Shown here in pieces: positions 1 to 8,869 of a DNA stretch of 31,975 nt. The notes beneath the pieces are model-generated. The model was not told where the DNA came from, made no database searches, and saw only the letters and a list, made by a program, of their open reading frames with translations. Source of the DNA: Candidatus Firestoneibacteriota bacterium. Its GTDB lineage: Bacteria; Oederibacteriota; D2-FULL-39-29; JBBTED01. Position 1 is the stretch's first letter. Every line of letters begins with the position of its first letter. Location of the stretch: the NCBI GenBank assembly GCA_038042445.1, contig JBBTED010000122.1:1-31975 (forward strand), read 5' to 3'. The position numbers were made by a program, and so were the translations under genes.

Positions 1-515
1 AGTGCTTTTTTATTTGAAAATGGTTTTGCTGGAGATAACAACTTGGTATCTGATGATTTATGAATTACTTCAAAAATTGTTCTGATTTTTTCATCGTGTT
101 TTTCCACTTTTTCCTCAAGCTGATTTAACTTATAAATAACCTCTTTATTTGAAGAAACCAATTTTCTTATATTAACAAATACCCGCATAATACCTATATT
201 CACTTGAATTGCTCGTTTACTATTTAATATACTTGAAAGCATTGCAACACCCTGCTCTGTGAAAGCGTAAGAATAATATCTAACCCCGCCCCAACTTGAG
301 GTGCCAAATTGGCATCTCAAGTTTGTAAATTCTTCTTTGGTAAGTTGAAACATAAAATCTTCAGGAAACCTTTCGATATTCCTTTTGACTTGTCTCTTTA
401 ATTGAGATGTTTCCACTCCATAAAGTTCTGCCAAATCTCTGTCCAACATAACTTTCAAACCTCTTATTAAATAAATCTTTTTCTCTATTCTTTCCTGCGG
501 TATTAAATTTGGCAT
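1..515 (-). CDS. ORF6N-domain DNA-binding protein (3' end outside window)
   Basis: Not in the ORF track. Manual translation from ATG 515: MPNLIPQERIEKKIYLIRGLKVMLDRDLAELYGVETSQLKRQVKRNIERFPEDFMFQLTKEE...GG.RY..YAFTEQGVAMLSSILNSKRAIQVNI.IMRVFV, the typical ORF6N signature. SD AAGGGAG upstream. Frame stays open to base 1. Confidence 0.9.
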   Translation of the reverse strand, partial: MPNLIPQERIEKKIYLIRGLKVMLDRDLAELYGVETSQLKRQVKRNIERFPEDFMFQLTKEEFTNLRCQFGTSSWGGVRYYSYAFTEQGVAMLSSILNSKRAIQVNIGIMRVFVNIRKLVSSNKEVIYKLNQLEEKVEKHDEKIRTIFEVIHKSSDTKLLSPAKPFSNKKA

Positions 516-557
516 TATTTTTCTCCCTTTTTTAAAAAATCAAGAATCGGCTCGATA

Positions 558-941
558 TTAGGGTGTAGCAGATGAAGGACGGGATGTTTTTTTGTGTAGA
601 AAAACAGTTAAAAACCACCATATTTTAAATTTGTCTTTCCAGTGTATTCTTGTAAATCTTATTCCATAAATCTGTGTAAATGTATCTTTTTTTACACGCA
701 TTATACGACCACGTATCTGATCAAAAAACGTTCCATTTGGAAGAGAAAATTTTAATAAAAAATCGCTAGATGATGCTGTTATTGGATCTTTGGTTTCTAT
801 TTGCATTCCACTAGTACTAACATTTGTTATACAACCTCTTCCAAGGAAAGTATTGAATCGATCCAATGCATAAAGATCTGCCAAAATAATTGTGCTTATA
901 CGTAAGTGTTTTCTTTTTTCTATACCACTTTTAGGATACAT
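558..941 (-). CDS. PilZ-domain protein
   Basis: c-di-GMP-binding motifs RxxxR (EKRKHLR) and N/DxSxxG (NVSTSG); YGIRF strand near the C-terminus. Confidence 0.8.
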   Translation of the reverse strand: MYPKSGIEKRKHLRISTIILADLYALDRFNTFLGRGCITNVSTSGMQIETKDPITASSSDFLLKFSLPNGTFFDQIRGRIMRVKKDTFTQIYGIRFTRIHWKDKFKIWWFLTVFLHKKTSRPSSATP

Positions 942-950
942 TTTTATTAT

Positions 951-977
951 ATTCTAACAGTTAAATAATAATGTCAA
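951..977 (-). promoter_or_regulatory. Possible sigma70 promoter for the PilZ gene
   Basis: TTGACA (977-972) and extended -10 TGtTAGAAT (956-951), 9 nt before the ATG. The 15-nt spacer is short. Confidence 0.4.
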
Positions 978-1044
978 GAGTTATTTTTTGTAGAGTGGAG
1001 TTTTCCCATTTTTTATAAAAATAGAACAAACATCTGCCAACAAT

Positions 1045-1081
1045 TCAATGTATATAAGATGTCATTTTCCACCAGACCATA
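1045..1081 (-). repeat. MVWWK element copy 1 (left arm only); mini-ORF MVWWKMTSYIH*
   Basis: Minus strand TATGGTCTGGTGGAAAA is identical over 17 nt to the copy ending at 30051. ORF runs 1080-1045. Confidence 0.7.
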
Positions 1082-1088
1082 TTTTTTC

Positions 1089-1118
1089 TTTACATTAGTT
1101 ATTTGCAAATGCTATCAT
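1089..1118 (+). promoter_or_regulatory. Possible sigma70 promoter for PBP1A
   Basis: TTTACA-18 nt-TATCAT with a TGn extension, 8 nt before ATG 1127; no SD. Confidence 0.5.
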
Positions 1119-1126
1119 TAAAAACC

Positions 1127-3283
1127 ATGGATGATAAATGGAGATTTTATCGTAAGGATAAAAACGGAAATAGACCTGTTTTAAAAATATCTAAACGCAA
1201 CTATATTATTCTTGGTATAGCTGTTGCTGTTATAATTGGAGCATTTATTGGAATAATTATAGGTTCTATGAAAGAAATACCTTCTATTGCAAGTCTCAAA
1301 GAATACAAACCCAATCTATCCACCAAAATTTATGATATAAATAATGAATTAATAACTCAAATTTATGTAGAGCAAAGAACCTTAGTTCCATTGTCAAAAA
1401 TACCAATTATATTACTAAAAGGAATAGTGGCTTCTGAAGATGAACGTTTTTATAATCACTGGGGAATAGATTTGCACGGAATAATGAGGGCAATGCTAAT
1501 AAATATTCTTCACAGAAAAATAGTTGAAGGTGGAAGTACTATTACACAACAATTAGCACGTAATTTATTTTTAACGATGCAGCAAACTTTTTCACGAAAG
1601 ATTAAAGAAGCACTTTTAGCAATAAAAATTGAATATTACTATACAAAAAAAGAAATACTTGAAATGTATTTAAACCAAATATATTTTGGAAGCGGTGCTT
1701 ATGGTGTAGAATCTGCTGCACGTGTATATTTTGGAAAACATGTTGAAGAATTGAATCTTCCTGAATGTGCAATGTTAATAGCACTTGCCCGCGCTCCAAA
1801 TAGCTATTCACCATATAAAAATCCTGAAAAAGCATTAAACCGTAGAAATGCTATTTTAAATAGATTGCAATCAAGAAGTGTAATAACAAAAAAAGAAGCT
1901 GAAATCGCAAAAAATACTCCTATAGAACTACATAAAATGGAGATTAAAATTGCTCCATACTTTGTGGAATACATAAGACAATATCTTGAAAACACTTATG
2001 GAAGTAATGCCGTATATAAAGGCGGTTTAAAAGTTCATACAACATTAGATTTAAAACTTCAGGATATTGCACAGCAACAATTTAATTTAGGTCTTGATGA
2101 AGTAGAAACTAAAATTGGTTTAAATAAAGGAATATCTCATAAAAAATTATCTGACCCACTTTACAGAAAAAAAATGACTCAATTACAAGGAGCATTTATT
2201 GCAATGGATCCACATACAGGATATGTAAAAGCTCTTATCGGAGGCAGAAATTTCAGAGAAAGCGAATTCAACAGAGCAATTCAGGCAAAAAGACAGCCTG
2301 GTTCTGCTTTTAAACCATTTATATATACTACCGCAATTAACAGCGGTTTTACTGCTGCTGACATAATTCTTGATGCTCCAATAGTATTTGATGAACATAG
2401 CGCTAAACCATGGAAACCTGAAAATTTTGAAGGAAAATTCTTTGGCCCAACTACATTGCGTAAAGCATTAACATTCTCCCGCAATGTAATTACTGTAAAA
2501 CTATTAGACAAAATAGGTTTAAATCCTGTTATTGAATTGGCGCATAAAATGGGAATTAAAAGTGAACTGAGCAAAAATATGAGCTTGGCATTAGGAACAT
2601 CTGTGGTTTCACTTTTAGAATTAACCAGTGCCTACTGTACTTTTCCAAATCAAGGTATAAAAATTGAGCCAATATTTATTTTAGAAGTAAGAAATAGAGA
2701 TGACAAAATACTGGAAGAAAATAAAACTTCTGCTGAAGAAGTATTAAAACCTGAAGTAGCGTATATTTTAACCAACATATTACAGGATGTAGTTGACAGA
2801 GGAACTTCAAGTATAATAAGAAGGTTAGGATTTACACATCCTGCTGCAGGTAAAACAGGCACAACAGACAATTTTAATGATGCATGGTTTGTTGGATTCA
2901 CTCCTGACTTACTCGCAGGCATATGGGTCGGTTATGATGACCAAAAAAGTTTAGGCAAAAATATGACAGGTGGAACAATTGCTGCTCCGATTTGGGCAAG
3001 ATTTATGCAAAAAGCTTTAGAAAATATTCCTGCAAAAGAATTTCCAAAACCAGAAAATATAGTTACTGTCCAAATCGATATTACAACAGGACTTATTGCA
3101 GCAGAAAAATGCGCAAAAACCAGGACAGAGGTATTTATAAAAGGAACAGAACCTACAAAAATTTGTGACTCCTGCACTAAAAATCGTATTTCAAATGCTG
3201 AGTTAGATATCAATATCCTATCTGCAAAATCAAAACATAAAACACAAGTAAAAGAAGAAACCGAGGATAGCAGTGGATTCTGA
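1127..3283 (+). CDS. mrcA: Class A penicillin-binding protein (PBP1A family, transglycosylase/transpeptidase)
   Basis: N-terminal TM helix; GT51 motifs EDERFYNHWG and GGSTITQQL; transpeptidase motifs SAFK, SRN and KTGT. ATG 1127 preferred over TTG 1103. Confidence 0.92.
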   Translation: MDDKWRFYRKDKNGNRPVLKISKRNYIILGIAVAVIIGAFIGIIIGSMKEIPSIASLKEYKPNLSTKIYDINNELITQIYVEQRTLVPLSKIPIILLKGIVASEDERFYNHWGIDLHGIMRAMLINILHRKIVEGGSTITQQLARNLFLTMQQTFSRKIKEALLAIKIEYYYTKKEILEMYLNQIYFGSGAYGVESAARVYFGKHVEELNLPECAMLIALARAPNSYSPYKNPEKALNRRNAILNRLQSRSVITKKEAEIAKNTPIELHKMEIKIAPYFVEYIRQYLENTYGSNAVYKGGLKVHTTLDLKLQDIAQQQFNLGLDEVETKIGLNKGISHKKLSDPLYRKKMTQLQGAFIAMDPHTGYVKALIGGRNFRESEFNRAIQAKRQPGSAFKPFIYTTAINSGFTAADIILDAPIVFDEHSAKPWKPENFEGKFFGPTTLRKALTFSRNVITVKLLDKIGLNPVIELAHKMGIKSELSKNMSLALGTSVVSLLELTSAYCTFPNQGIKIEPIFILEVRNRDDKILEENKTSAEEVLKPEVAYILTNILQDVVDRGTSSIIRRLGFTHPAAGKTGTTDNFNDAWFVGFTPDLLAGIWVGYDDQKSLGKNMTGGTIAAPIWARFMQKALENIPAKEFPKPENIVTVQIDITTGLIAAEKCAKTRTEVFIKGTEPTKICDSCTKNRISNAELDINILSAKSKHKTQVKEETEDSSGF

Positions 3284-4391
3284 ACTTCTCTTTACACCCA
3301 TTAAAATAGGAAACTTAGAATTAAAAAATCGAATAATGCGATCTGCTACTTGTGAAAGAATAGCTACAGATAATGGCTGTCCAACAGAAAAATTAAATAC
3401 TGTATTAGAAGATTTAGCTATTGGTGGTGTAGGACTTATTGTAACGGGATATACTTATATATCTGAAACTGGGAGATCAAATTCTGCCCAAATGGGAATA
3501 TATACTGATGATTATATTCCTGTATTTAAAAAATTGTCATCTGATGTACATAAATGTGGTGCTAAAATCGCAATTCAATTAGTACATAGTGGCAGACAAA
3601 CTAGAAGCAAACATATTGGTGGCAAAACTCCTATGGCTCCATCTGCAGTAGAAGAAAAATCTTCTAAAGTAATTCCACACGAATTAAGTAACGATGAAAT
3701 CGAAAAAATAATAGCTGAGTTTGGAGATGCTGCAAAGCGTGTCCAAATAGCAGAATTTGACGCAGTTCAATTACACGGAGCTCATGGTTATTTAATAAGC
3801 CAGTTTATTTCTCCATATACCAATTGCAGAGAAGACAAATGGGGCGGAAATTCGGAAAACAGAATGCGATTTCTCATAGAAGTGTATAGAAATGTTCGAA
3901 CTAAGGTTGGAGATGATTTTCCAATAATGATAAAACTAAACGGCGCTGATTTTATCAAAGGTGGTTTAGGTTTAGATATTACAGACGCTGTAGAAATAGC
4001 AAAAACATTGGCAAAAGAAGGCATAAATATGATTGAAGTAAGCGCGAGTATGTGGGAAAGTTATTTCCCTATTGTAAAACCTGATATAGATTCACCAGAA
4101 AAAGAAGCGTATTTTCTAAGTTTAGCAGAGGAAATAAAAAAAGCTATCCCTAATATTCCTGTTGCTACAGTTGGAGGCATACGTTCAAGAGAAATTATGG
4201 AAAAAATTATATCTGATGGAAAAGCAGATATTATTTCATTATGCAGACCACTAATTTGTGAAACAGATTTACCATTAAAATTACAAAGAGGTCAATTGAA
4301 ATCAGAATGTATTTCCTGTAATAAATGTTTAAATCCGAGAGTTGCTCCTATATATTGTGTTCAAAAGCGAAAAAACAGACTTAACACTTAA
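3273..4391 (+). CDS. NADH:flavin oxidoreductase (old yellow enzyme family)
   Basis: LFTPIKIGNLELKNRI, HGAHGYL active-site motif, N.REDKWGG, C-terminal CISCNKC...C; GTG start overlaps the PBP stop. Confidence 0.92.
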   Translation: MDSELLFTPIKIGNLELKNRIMRSATCERIATDNGCPTEKLNTVLEDLAIGGVGLIVTGYTYISETGRSNSAQMGIYTDDYIPVFKKLSSDVHKCGAKIAIQLVHSGRQTRSKHIGGKTPMAPSAVEEKSSKVIPHELSNDEIEKIIAEFGDAAKRVQIAEFDAVQLHGAHGYLISQFISPYTNCREDKWGGNSENRMRFLIEVYRNVRTKVGDDFPIMIKLNGADFIKGGLGLDITDAVEIAKTLAKEGINMIEVSASMWESYFPIVKPDIDSPEKEAYFLSLAEEIKKAIPNIPVATVGGIRSREIMEKIISDGKADIISLCRPLICETDLPLKLQRGQLKSECISCNKCLNPRVAPIYCVQKRKNRLNT

Positions 4392-5051
4392 TTGTCCCGA
4401 CACAATTGCAGTACCAATATACCCATATATTAGTTTTGAACCAAATACAGGTCCTAATAACCGCGAAACTGCAGCAAATTTACCCATACACATACTAGTT
4501 ATCAACCTATTCTCATGTGAGAACTTATGATTAAATAGAAAAAGACGAAGAACATCATCTAATGTACTTGCAAATGTAGCAATTTTTGTAATATCAGGAG
4601 ATTTTTTTATACTTAAACTTAAAATTTTATTAAGCTCTCTTTCATTTGGAGTTTTTTTGAAATTGTGATAGGAAATTATAATTTTTTTATGTTGTTTTCT
4701 TGCAAATTCGATAACCTCATCAATAATTTTATCCGCACTTAATTCTATATCAACAACATCTACATACGGAATAATTGACTTAAATATTTCAAGGCGTTTT
4801 TCCTCTGAAATTGGACACTTTCCACCTTCTATAAATGACCTAAAAGTGCCAATTATAGGTAATTGTGTATCTCGTTTTATAGTAATAATTGTTTTGCATA
4901 AAAAATCAGGATTTAGATTTTTAAATGTATCAATTCTCAATTCTATAATATCTGCTTTATTTTTTTTGGCTTGTCCTGAAAGAAGAAGTGGTTTATTGCC
5001 AGCAATTACAGCAATTATATTTAATTTATTAAAGTTAATTCTATTTTTCAC
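4329..5051 (-). CDS. aroD: Type I 3-dehydroquinate dehydratase
   Basis: IELRID, T.R...EGG, DIEL, ISYHNF (His), DITKIA (Schiff-base Lys), MG...SR, GQ motif. Confidence 0.88.
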   Translation of the reverse strand: MKNRINFNKLNIIAVIAGNKPLLLSGQAKKNKADIIELRIDTFKNLNPDFLCKTIITIKRDTQLPIIGTFRSFIEGGKCPISEEKRLEIFKSIIPYVDVVDIELSADKIIDEVIEFARKQHKKIIISYHNFKKTPNERELNKILSLSIKKSPDITKIATFASTLDDVLRLFLFNHKFSHENRLITSMCMGKFAAVSRLLGPVFGSKLIYGYIGTAIVSGQLSVKSVFSLLNTIYRSNSRI

Positions 5052-6318
5052 TTAACTGTATTTTACCACCAATTATAACAATATATGGTAACCCTAAAAG
5101 TTTCCACCCATTAAATGGAGAATTTTTGGCTTTTGATGCGAATTTATTAACATCAACTGTCCATTCTTTATCCACATCAATTATTGTTATATCTGCAATT
5201 GAACCTTCTGAAAGAGTACCACGATTGATATTTAGAATTCTGGCAGGATTTATTGTAAGTTTTTTAATAGCATCTGATAATGACAGGATTTTCTTGTTTA
5301 CTAACTCTGTAATTACAAGTGACAAAGTTGTCTCCATACCTATTATACCAAATGATGCATAATTAAATTCACATTCTTTGTCTAATGATGTATGTGGAGC
5401 ATGATCCGATGCAATACAATCAATTGTTCCATCTTTTAGGCCTTCTTTAATTGCTTTAACATCAATATCTTCACGTAAAGGTGGATTCATTTTGGCATTT
5501 GTATTGTATCCCTTAACTGCTTCTTGAGTTAATGTAAAATAATGTGGTGCAGTTTCTGCAGTAACTCTAACTTTTCGTTTTTTTGCTAATCTAATCATTT
5601 CAACTGCTCCTGCTGTGCTAACATGTGCTATATGCAAATTACAACCTGTCCATTCTGCTAAAATTATATTTCTTGACACTATTATTTCTTCTGCAGCCTT
5701 TGGCATACCACGTAACCCCAGAATAGTTGATGTAAAACCTTCATTCATTACTCCATCATGTGTCATATTTATATCTTCACAATGAGCAATTATAGAAAGA
5801 CCAAACATTTTTGAATATTCCATTGCGCGTCTCATAACTTCAGCATTCATAAGAGGATGCGCATCATCGGACAAAGCTACTGCACCTGCTTCTTTTAATT
5901 CACCTATATTAGAAAGTTCCTCACCTTTTGCCTCTTTTGTAATACTGGCAATTGGAAAAACATTGGTAGATGCATCTGATTTTGCTTTTGAAAGAATAAA
6001 TTCTATGCGGGTTTTATCATCTAACACAGGATTTGTATTTGGCATACAGGCAACAGAAGTAAAACCACCATTTAAAGCACTCAAAGTTCCTGTTGCAATT
6101 GTTTCTTTGTGTTCTTCACCAGGTTCACGTAAATGAACATGCATATCAATAAGACCGGGACACACCACTTTACCTTTAGCATCTATAATTTTTGCAGAAC
6201 TTGAAGAAATATTTTTTGAAACTTTTGAAATTTTCTCGCCTTCAATCAAAATATCCAAATTCGCATCAATTTTATTTGCTGGGTCAATAACCCTTCCATC
6301 TTTTATTATTATTTTCAT
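5041..6318 (-). CDS. pyrC: Dihydroorotase (type I)
   Basis: PGLIDMHVHLREPG, MPNT, KMNPPLR, ASDHAPH, NSPF; follows pyrB. Confidence 0.96.
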   Translation of the reverse strand: MKIIIKDGRVIDPANKIDANLDILIEGEKISKVSKNISSSSAKIIDAKGKVVCPGLIDMHVHLREPGEEHKETIATGTLSALNGGFTSVACMPNTNPVLDDKTRIEFILSKAKSDASTNVFPIASITKEAKGEELSNIGELKEAGAVALSDDAHPLMNAEVMRRAMEYSKMFGLSIIAHCEDINMTHDGVMNEGFTSTILGLRGMPKAAEEIIVSRNIILAEWTGCNLHIAHVSTAGAVEMIRLAKKRKVRVTAETAPHYFTLTQEAVKGYNTNAKMNPPLREDIDVKAIKEGLKDGTIDCIASDHAPHTSLDKECEFNYASFGIIGMETTLSLVITELVNKKILSLSDAIKKLTINPARILNINRGTLSEGSIADITIIDVDKEWTVDVNKFASKAKNSPFNGWKLLGLPYIVIIGGKIQLSEK

Positions 6319-6330
6319 AATTCTTTCCTT

Positions 6331-6381
6331 GTAGGGGCAGGTTTACCTGCCCATTTATTGGGCGAGTAAACTCGCCCCTAC
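6331..6381. repeat. GTAG-type REP doublet (REPIN-like)
   Basis: GTAG GGGCAGGT TT ACCTGCCC atttatt GGGCGAGT AA ACTCGCCC CTAC: two inverted GTAG-tagged hairpins. Confidence 0.8.
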
Positions 6382-6384
6382 GGA

Positions 6385-7323
6385 CTACCCTTCCATAGAA
6401 CTACCTGAAAGCAAAAAGAGCACTGCCATACGCACGGCTATTCCATTTGTAACCTGTTCATTTATTACAGAATTGACACTGTCTGCAAGTTCATTACTTA
6501 TTTCTAAACCACGATTCATAGGACCAGGATGCATAATCAATGCATCCTTTTTGGCTATCTTAAATTTTTCTTCATCCAAACCAAAAAATTTCGCATATTC
6601 ACGAGTTGAAGGAAATAAATTTCTTTTCTGACGTTCCAATTGAATACGTAACATATATATTATATCAGCACCATCAAATGCTTTCTTTAAATCATATTGA
6701 ACTTCCACTCCTAAATTTTCAATACCATAAGGTATTAAAGTTGCTGGACCAGCCACTACAACTTTGCTTCCCATTTTTGTAAATCCAAGAATATTTGAAC
6801 GTGCAACACGACTATGTGCTATATCACCGACAATCACAATTTTTAGACCTTTTAAGGTTTTCTTTTTTTCACGAACAGTAAACATATCAAGAAGCGCCTG
6901 TGTTGGATGCTCATGCATTCCATCACCTGCATTAATTATAGAACACTTTAACATTTTAGCAAGAATATGCGGAGCTCCTGAACAAGAATGTCTAACAATC
7001 ATCATATCAGTTTCAAGTGCCTGAAAAGTTAATGCTGTATCAATTAATGTTTCACCTTTTACAACACTGCTTGTAGTAGTTGAAACACTTAAAACATCTG
7101 CACTTAAACGCTTTGCAGCTAATTCAAATGAAGCTCTGGTTCTTGTACTTGGTTCAAAAAAAAGGTTTAGTATTGTTCTACCACGTAAACTTGGAACTTT
7201 TTTAATTGGTCGGCCAAATAATGTCTTAAAAGAAGCAGCTGTATTTAAAATTAAATTTATTTCATCAATAGTAAGATCTTCTATACCTAATAAATCTTTC
7301 CGCTTCAAACCCTTTTCATTCAT
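6385..7323 (-). CDS. pyrB: Aspartate carbamoyltransferase catalytic subunit
   Basis: FFEPSTRT, HPTQALLD, GDIAHSRVARS, MHPGPMNRG. Confidence 0.97.
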   Translation of the reverse strand: MNEKGLKRKDLLGIEDLTIDEINLILNTAASFKTLFGRPIKKVPSLRGRTILNLFFEPSTRTRASFELAAKRLSADVLSVSTTTSSVVKGETLIDTALTFQALETDMMIVRHSCSGAPHILAKMLKCSIINAGDGMHEHPTQALLDMFTVREKKKTLKGLKIVIVGDIAHSRVARSNILGFTKMGSKVVVAGPATLIPYGIENLGVEVQYDLKKAFDGADIIYMLRIQLERQKRNLFPSTREYAKFFGLDEEKFKIAKKDALIMHPGPMNRGLEISNELADSVNSVINEQVTNGIAVRMAVLFLLSGSSMEG

Positions 7324-7852
7324 TTGCTTTTAGTATAACTTTATCATTACCATCTATTTCTTTAAGATTAACAACTACTTCTTCTTTAATAGAAGTTTGT
7401 ATAGATTTACCAATATAATCTGCCTGAATTGGCAATTCTCTATGCCCTCTGTCAATTAACACAGCCAATTGTAAATATTTAGGCCTGCCAAAATCTATTA
7501 TTTCATCTAAAGCAGCCCTGATACTTCTACCTGTGTATAAAACATCATCTACAAGTATTACTTTTTTATCACGAATATCAAATGAAATTTCTGTTTGCTG
7601 TGCAGAAGGTTTTGGGAATTTACCATCAATATCATCACGGTAAAAAGTTATATCTAATGCCCCCACAGGAAGTGAGATTTTTTCAATTGCTTGAATTTCT
7701 TTCACCAAACGTTTAGCAATAATATCGCCTCGTGTTTTTATTCCTATGAAAACCAAATTTTCAATACCTTTGTTTTTCTCAATTATTTCATGCGCTAAAC
7801 GCATCAAAGCACGTTTTATTTCCACCTCATTCAAAATTTGTTTTTCTTTCAC
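7316..7852 (-). CDS. pyrR: Bifunctional pyr regulator / uracil phosphoribosyltransferase
   Basis: R.AHEIIE, GIKTRG, LDITFYRDD, VDDVLYTGR, DRGHRELPI; GTG start. Confidence 0.95.
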   Translation of the reverse strand: MKEKQILNEVEIKRALMRLAHEIIEKNKGIENLVFIGIKTRGDIIAKRLVKEIQAIEKISLPVGALDITFYRDDIDGKFPKPSAQQTEISFDIRDKKVILVDDVLYTGRSIRAALDEIIDFGRPKYLQLAVLIDRGHRELPIQADYIGKSIQTSIKEEVVVNLKEIDGNDKVILKANE

Positions 7853-7873
7853 AAAGATATTCTACTATTTATT

Positions 7874-8812
7874 TTATTCTTTTTCAAGAAATATAGCATT
7901 GGTCCATGCCATTTTACCTTGTAAATCCATACATTGGATTCTGATATATTTTTCTCCACCACGAATTTTGTATTCTACTTGGCTATATGAATCTTTTTTT
8001 AATGCTGTAAACATTTCACCAGTACCATTCATTCCAATAAATGATATTGATTGGACAGGCGAAGTAATCACATAAATAGTATCTTTTTCAATTTTTACAT
8101 TTTTGATTTCTGGTCCCCAGCTTGCGTAAAATAATCCCTGTTTAATTGAATTCATTATACTGTTGACATCTAAGTTTTTTGATTTCACCATTATCCATGC
8201 ACCACAAGCATCATTAGGACAATGGTCATTACTATGGTTATGTGCATCATCTGAAGCAAATCCAAAAATATTTTTTTTAGCAGATAAAAGATTATCCCAA
8301 TAAACCATTGAATACCCTTTATCCCAACGATGAAAACAACTGGTGTTAAAAACCTCTGTTCCTATATATCCAAAACACGAAAATATATCATTAGTAGTAA
8401 GTGCTGACCAATATGGATGTGCAAGTATAGCTTCTCCACCTTGAAATTCAATCAAATCAATTATTTGTTGTGGATCAACATCTTGCCATTTCTTTTTGAA
8501 AGCAACTATTTGTTCACCTGCATAAGAAATTTGTTCTTTAATATTAAGTGCTACAATATGAAAACAACTATTTGCTTGAGTTGTCCCACAATGAAGTTCT
8601 TCCCCATTTATCAATAGCACTCCTTGATCATCTTCCACTTTTGTAAGTTTGCAATGATCAGTTATTGCCAAAAATTGATATCCTGCAGATTTATATTGCT
8701 TTACTGTATTAATAGGAGACAATGATCCGTCTGAATTTGTAGTATGAGTATGCAAATTCCCTTTATACCAGTTTCCTTCTATAGCAAACGGATTGTTAAA
8801 TCTTATTTTCAT
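7874..8812 (-). CDS. PHP-domain metallohydrolase (CehA/McbA-like)
   Basis: WYKGNLHTHTTNSDG, ITDH, AHP, EVFN, SDDAH; SD AAGGAG. Confidence 0.85.
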   Translation of the reverse strand: MKIRFNNPFAIEGNWYKGNLHTHTTNSDGSLSPINTVKQYKSAGYQFLAITDHCKLTKVEDDQGVLLINGEELHCGTTQANSCFHIVALNIKEQISYAGEQIVAFKKKWQDVDPQQIIDLIEFQGGEAILAHPYWSALTTNDIFSCFGYIGTEVFNTSCFHRWDKGYSMVYWDNLLSAKKNIFGFASDDAHNHSNDHCPNDACGAWIMVKSKNLDVNSIMNSIKQGLFYASWGPEIKNVKIEKDTIYVITSPVQSISFIGMNGTGEMFTALKKDSYSQVEYKIRGGEKYIRIQCMDLQGKMAWTNAIFLEKE

Positions 8813-8829
8813 AGGTTCTCCTTTTATAA

Positions 8830-8860
8830 CCCCCTCTATCTCCCCCTTATCAGTGGGAGG
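8830..8860. repeat. CCCCCTCT-N-CCCCCTT...GGG palindromic repeat (degenerate copy)
   Basis: cccccTCTatctCCCCCTTatcagtGGGAGG resembles 22575-22605. Confidence 0.5.
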
Positions 8861-8869
8861 AAAGATTTA

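Noticed and set aside
991..1012. AGTGGAGTTT similarity to the minus strand near 18162-18171
   Set aside because: A 10-nt match with poor flanks, compatible with chance.
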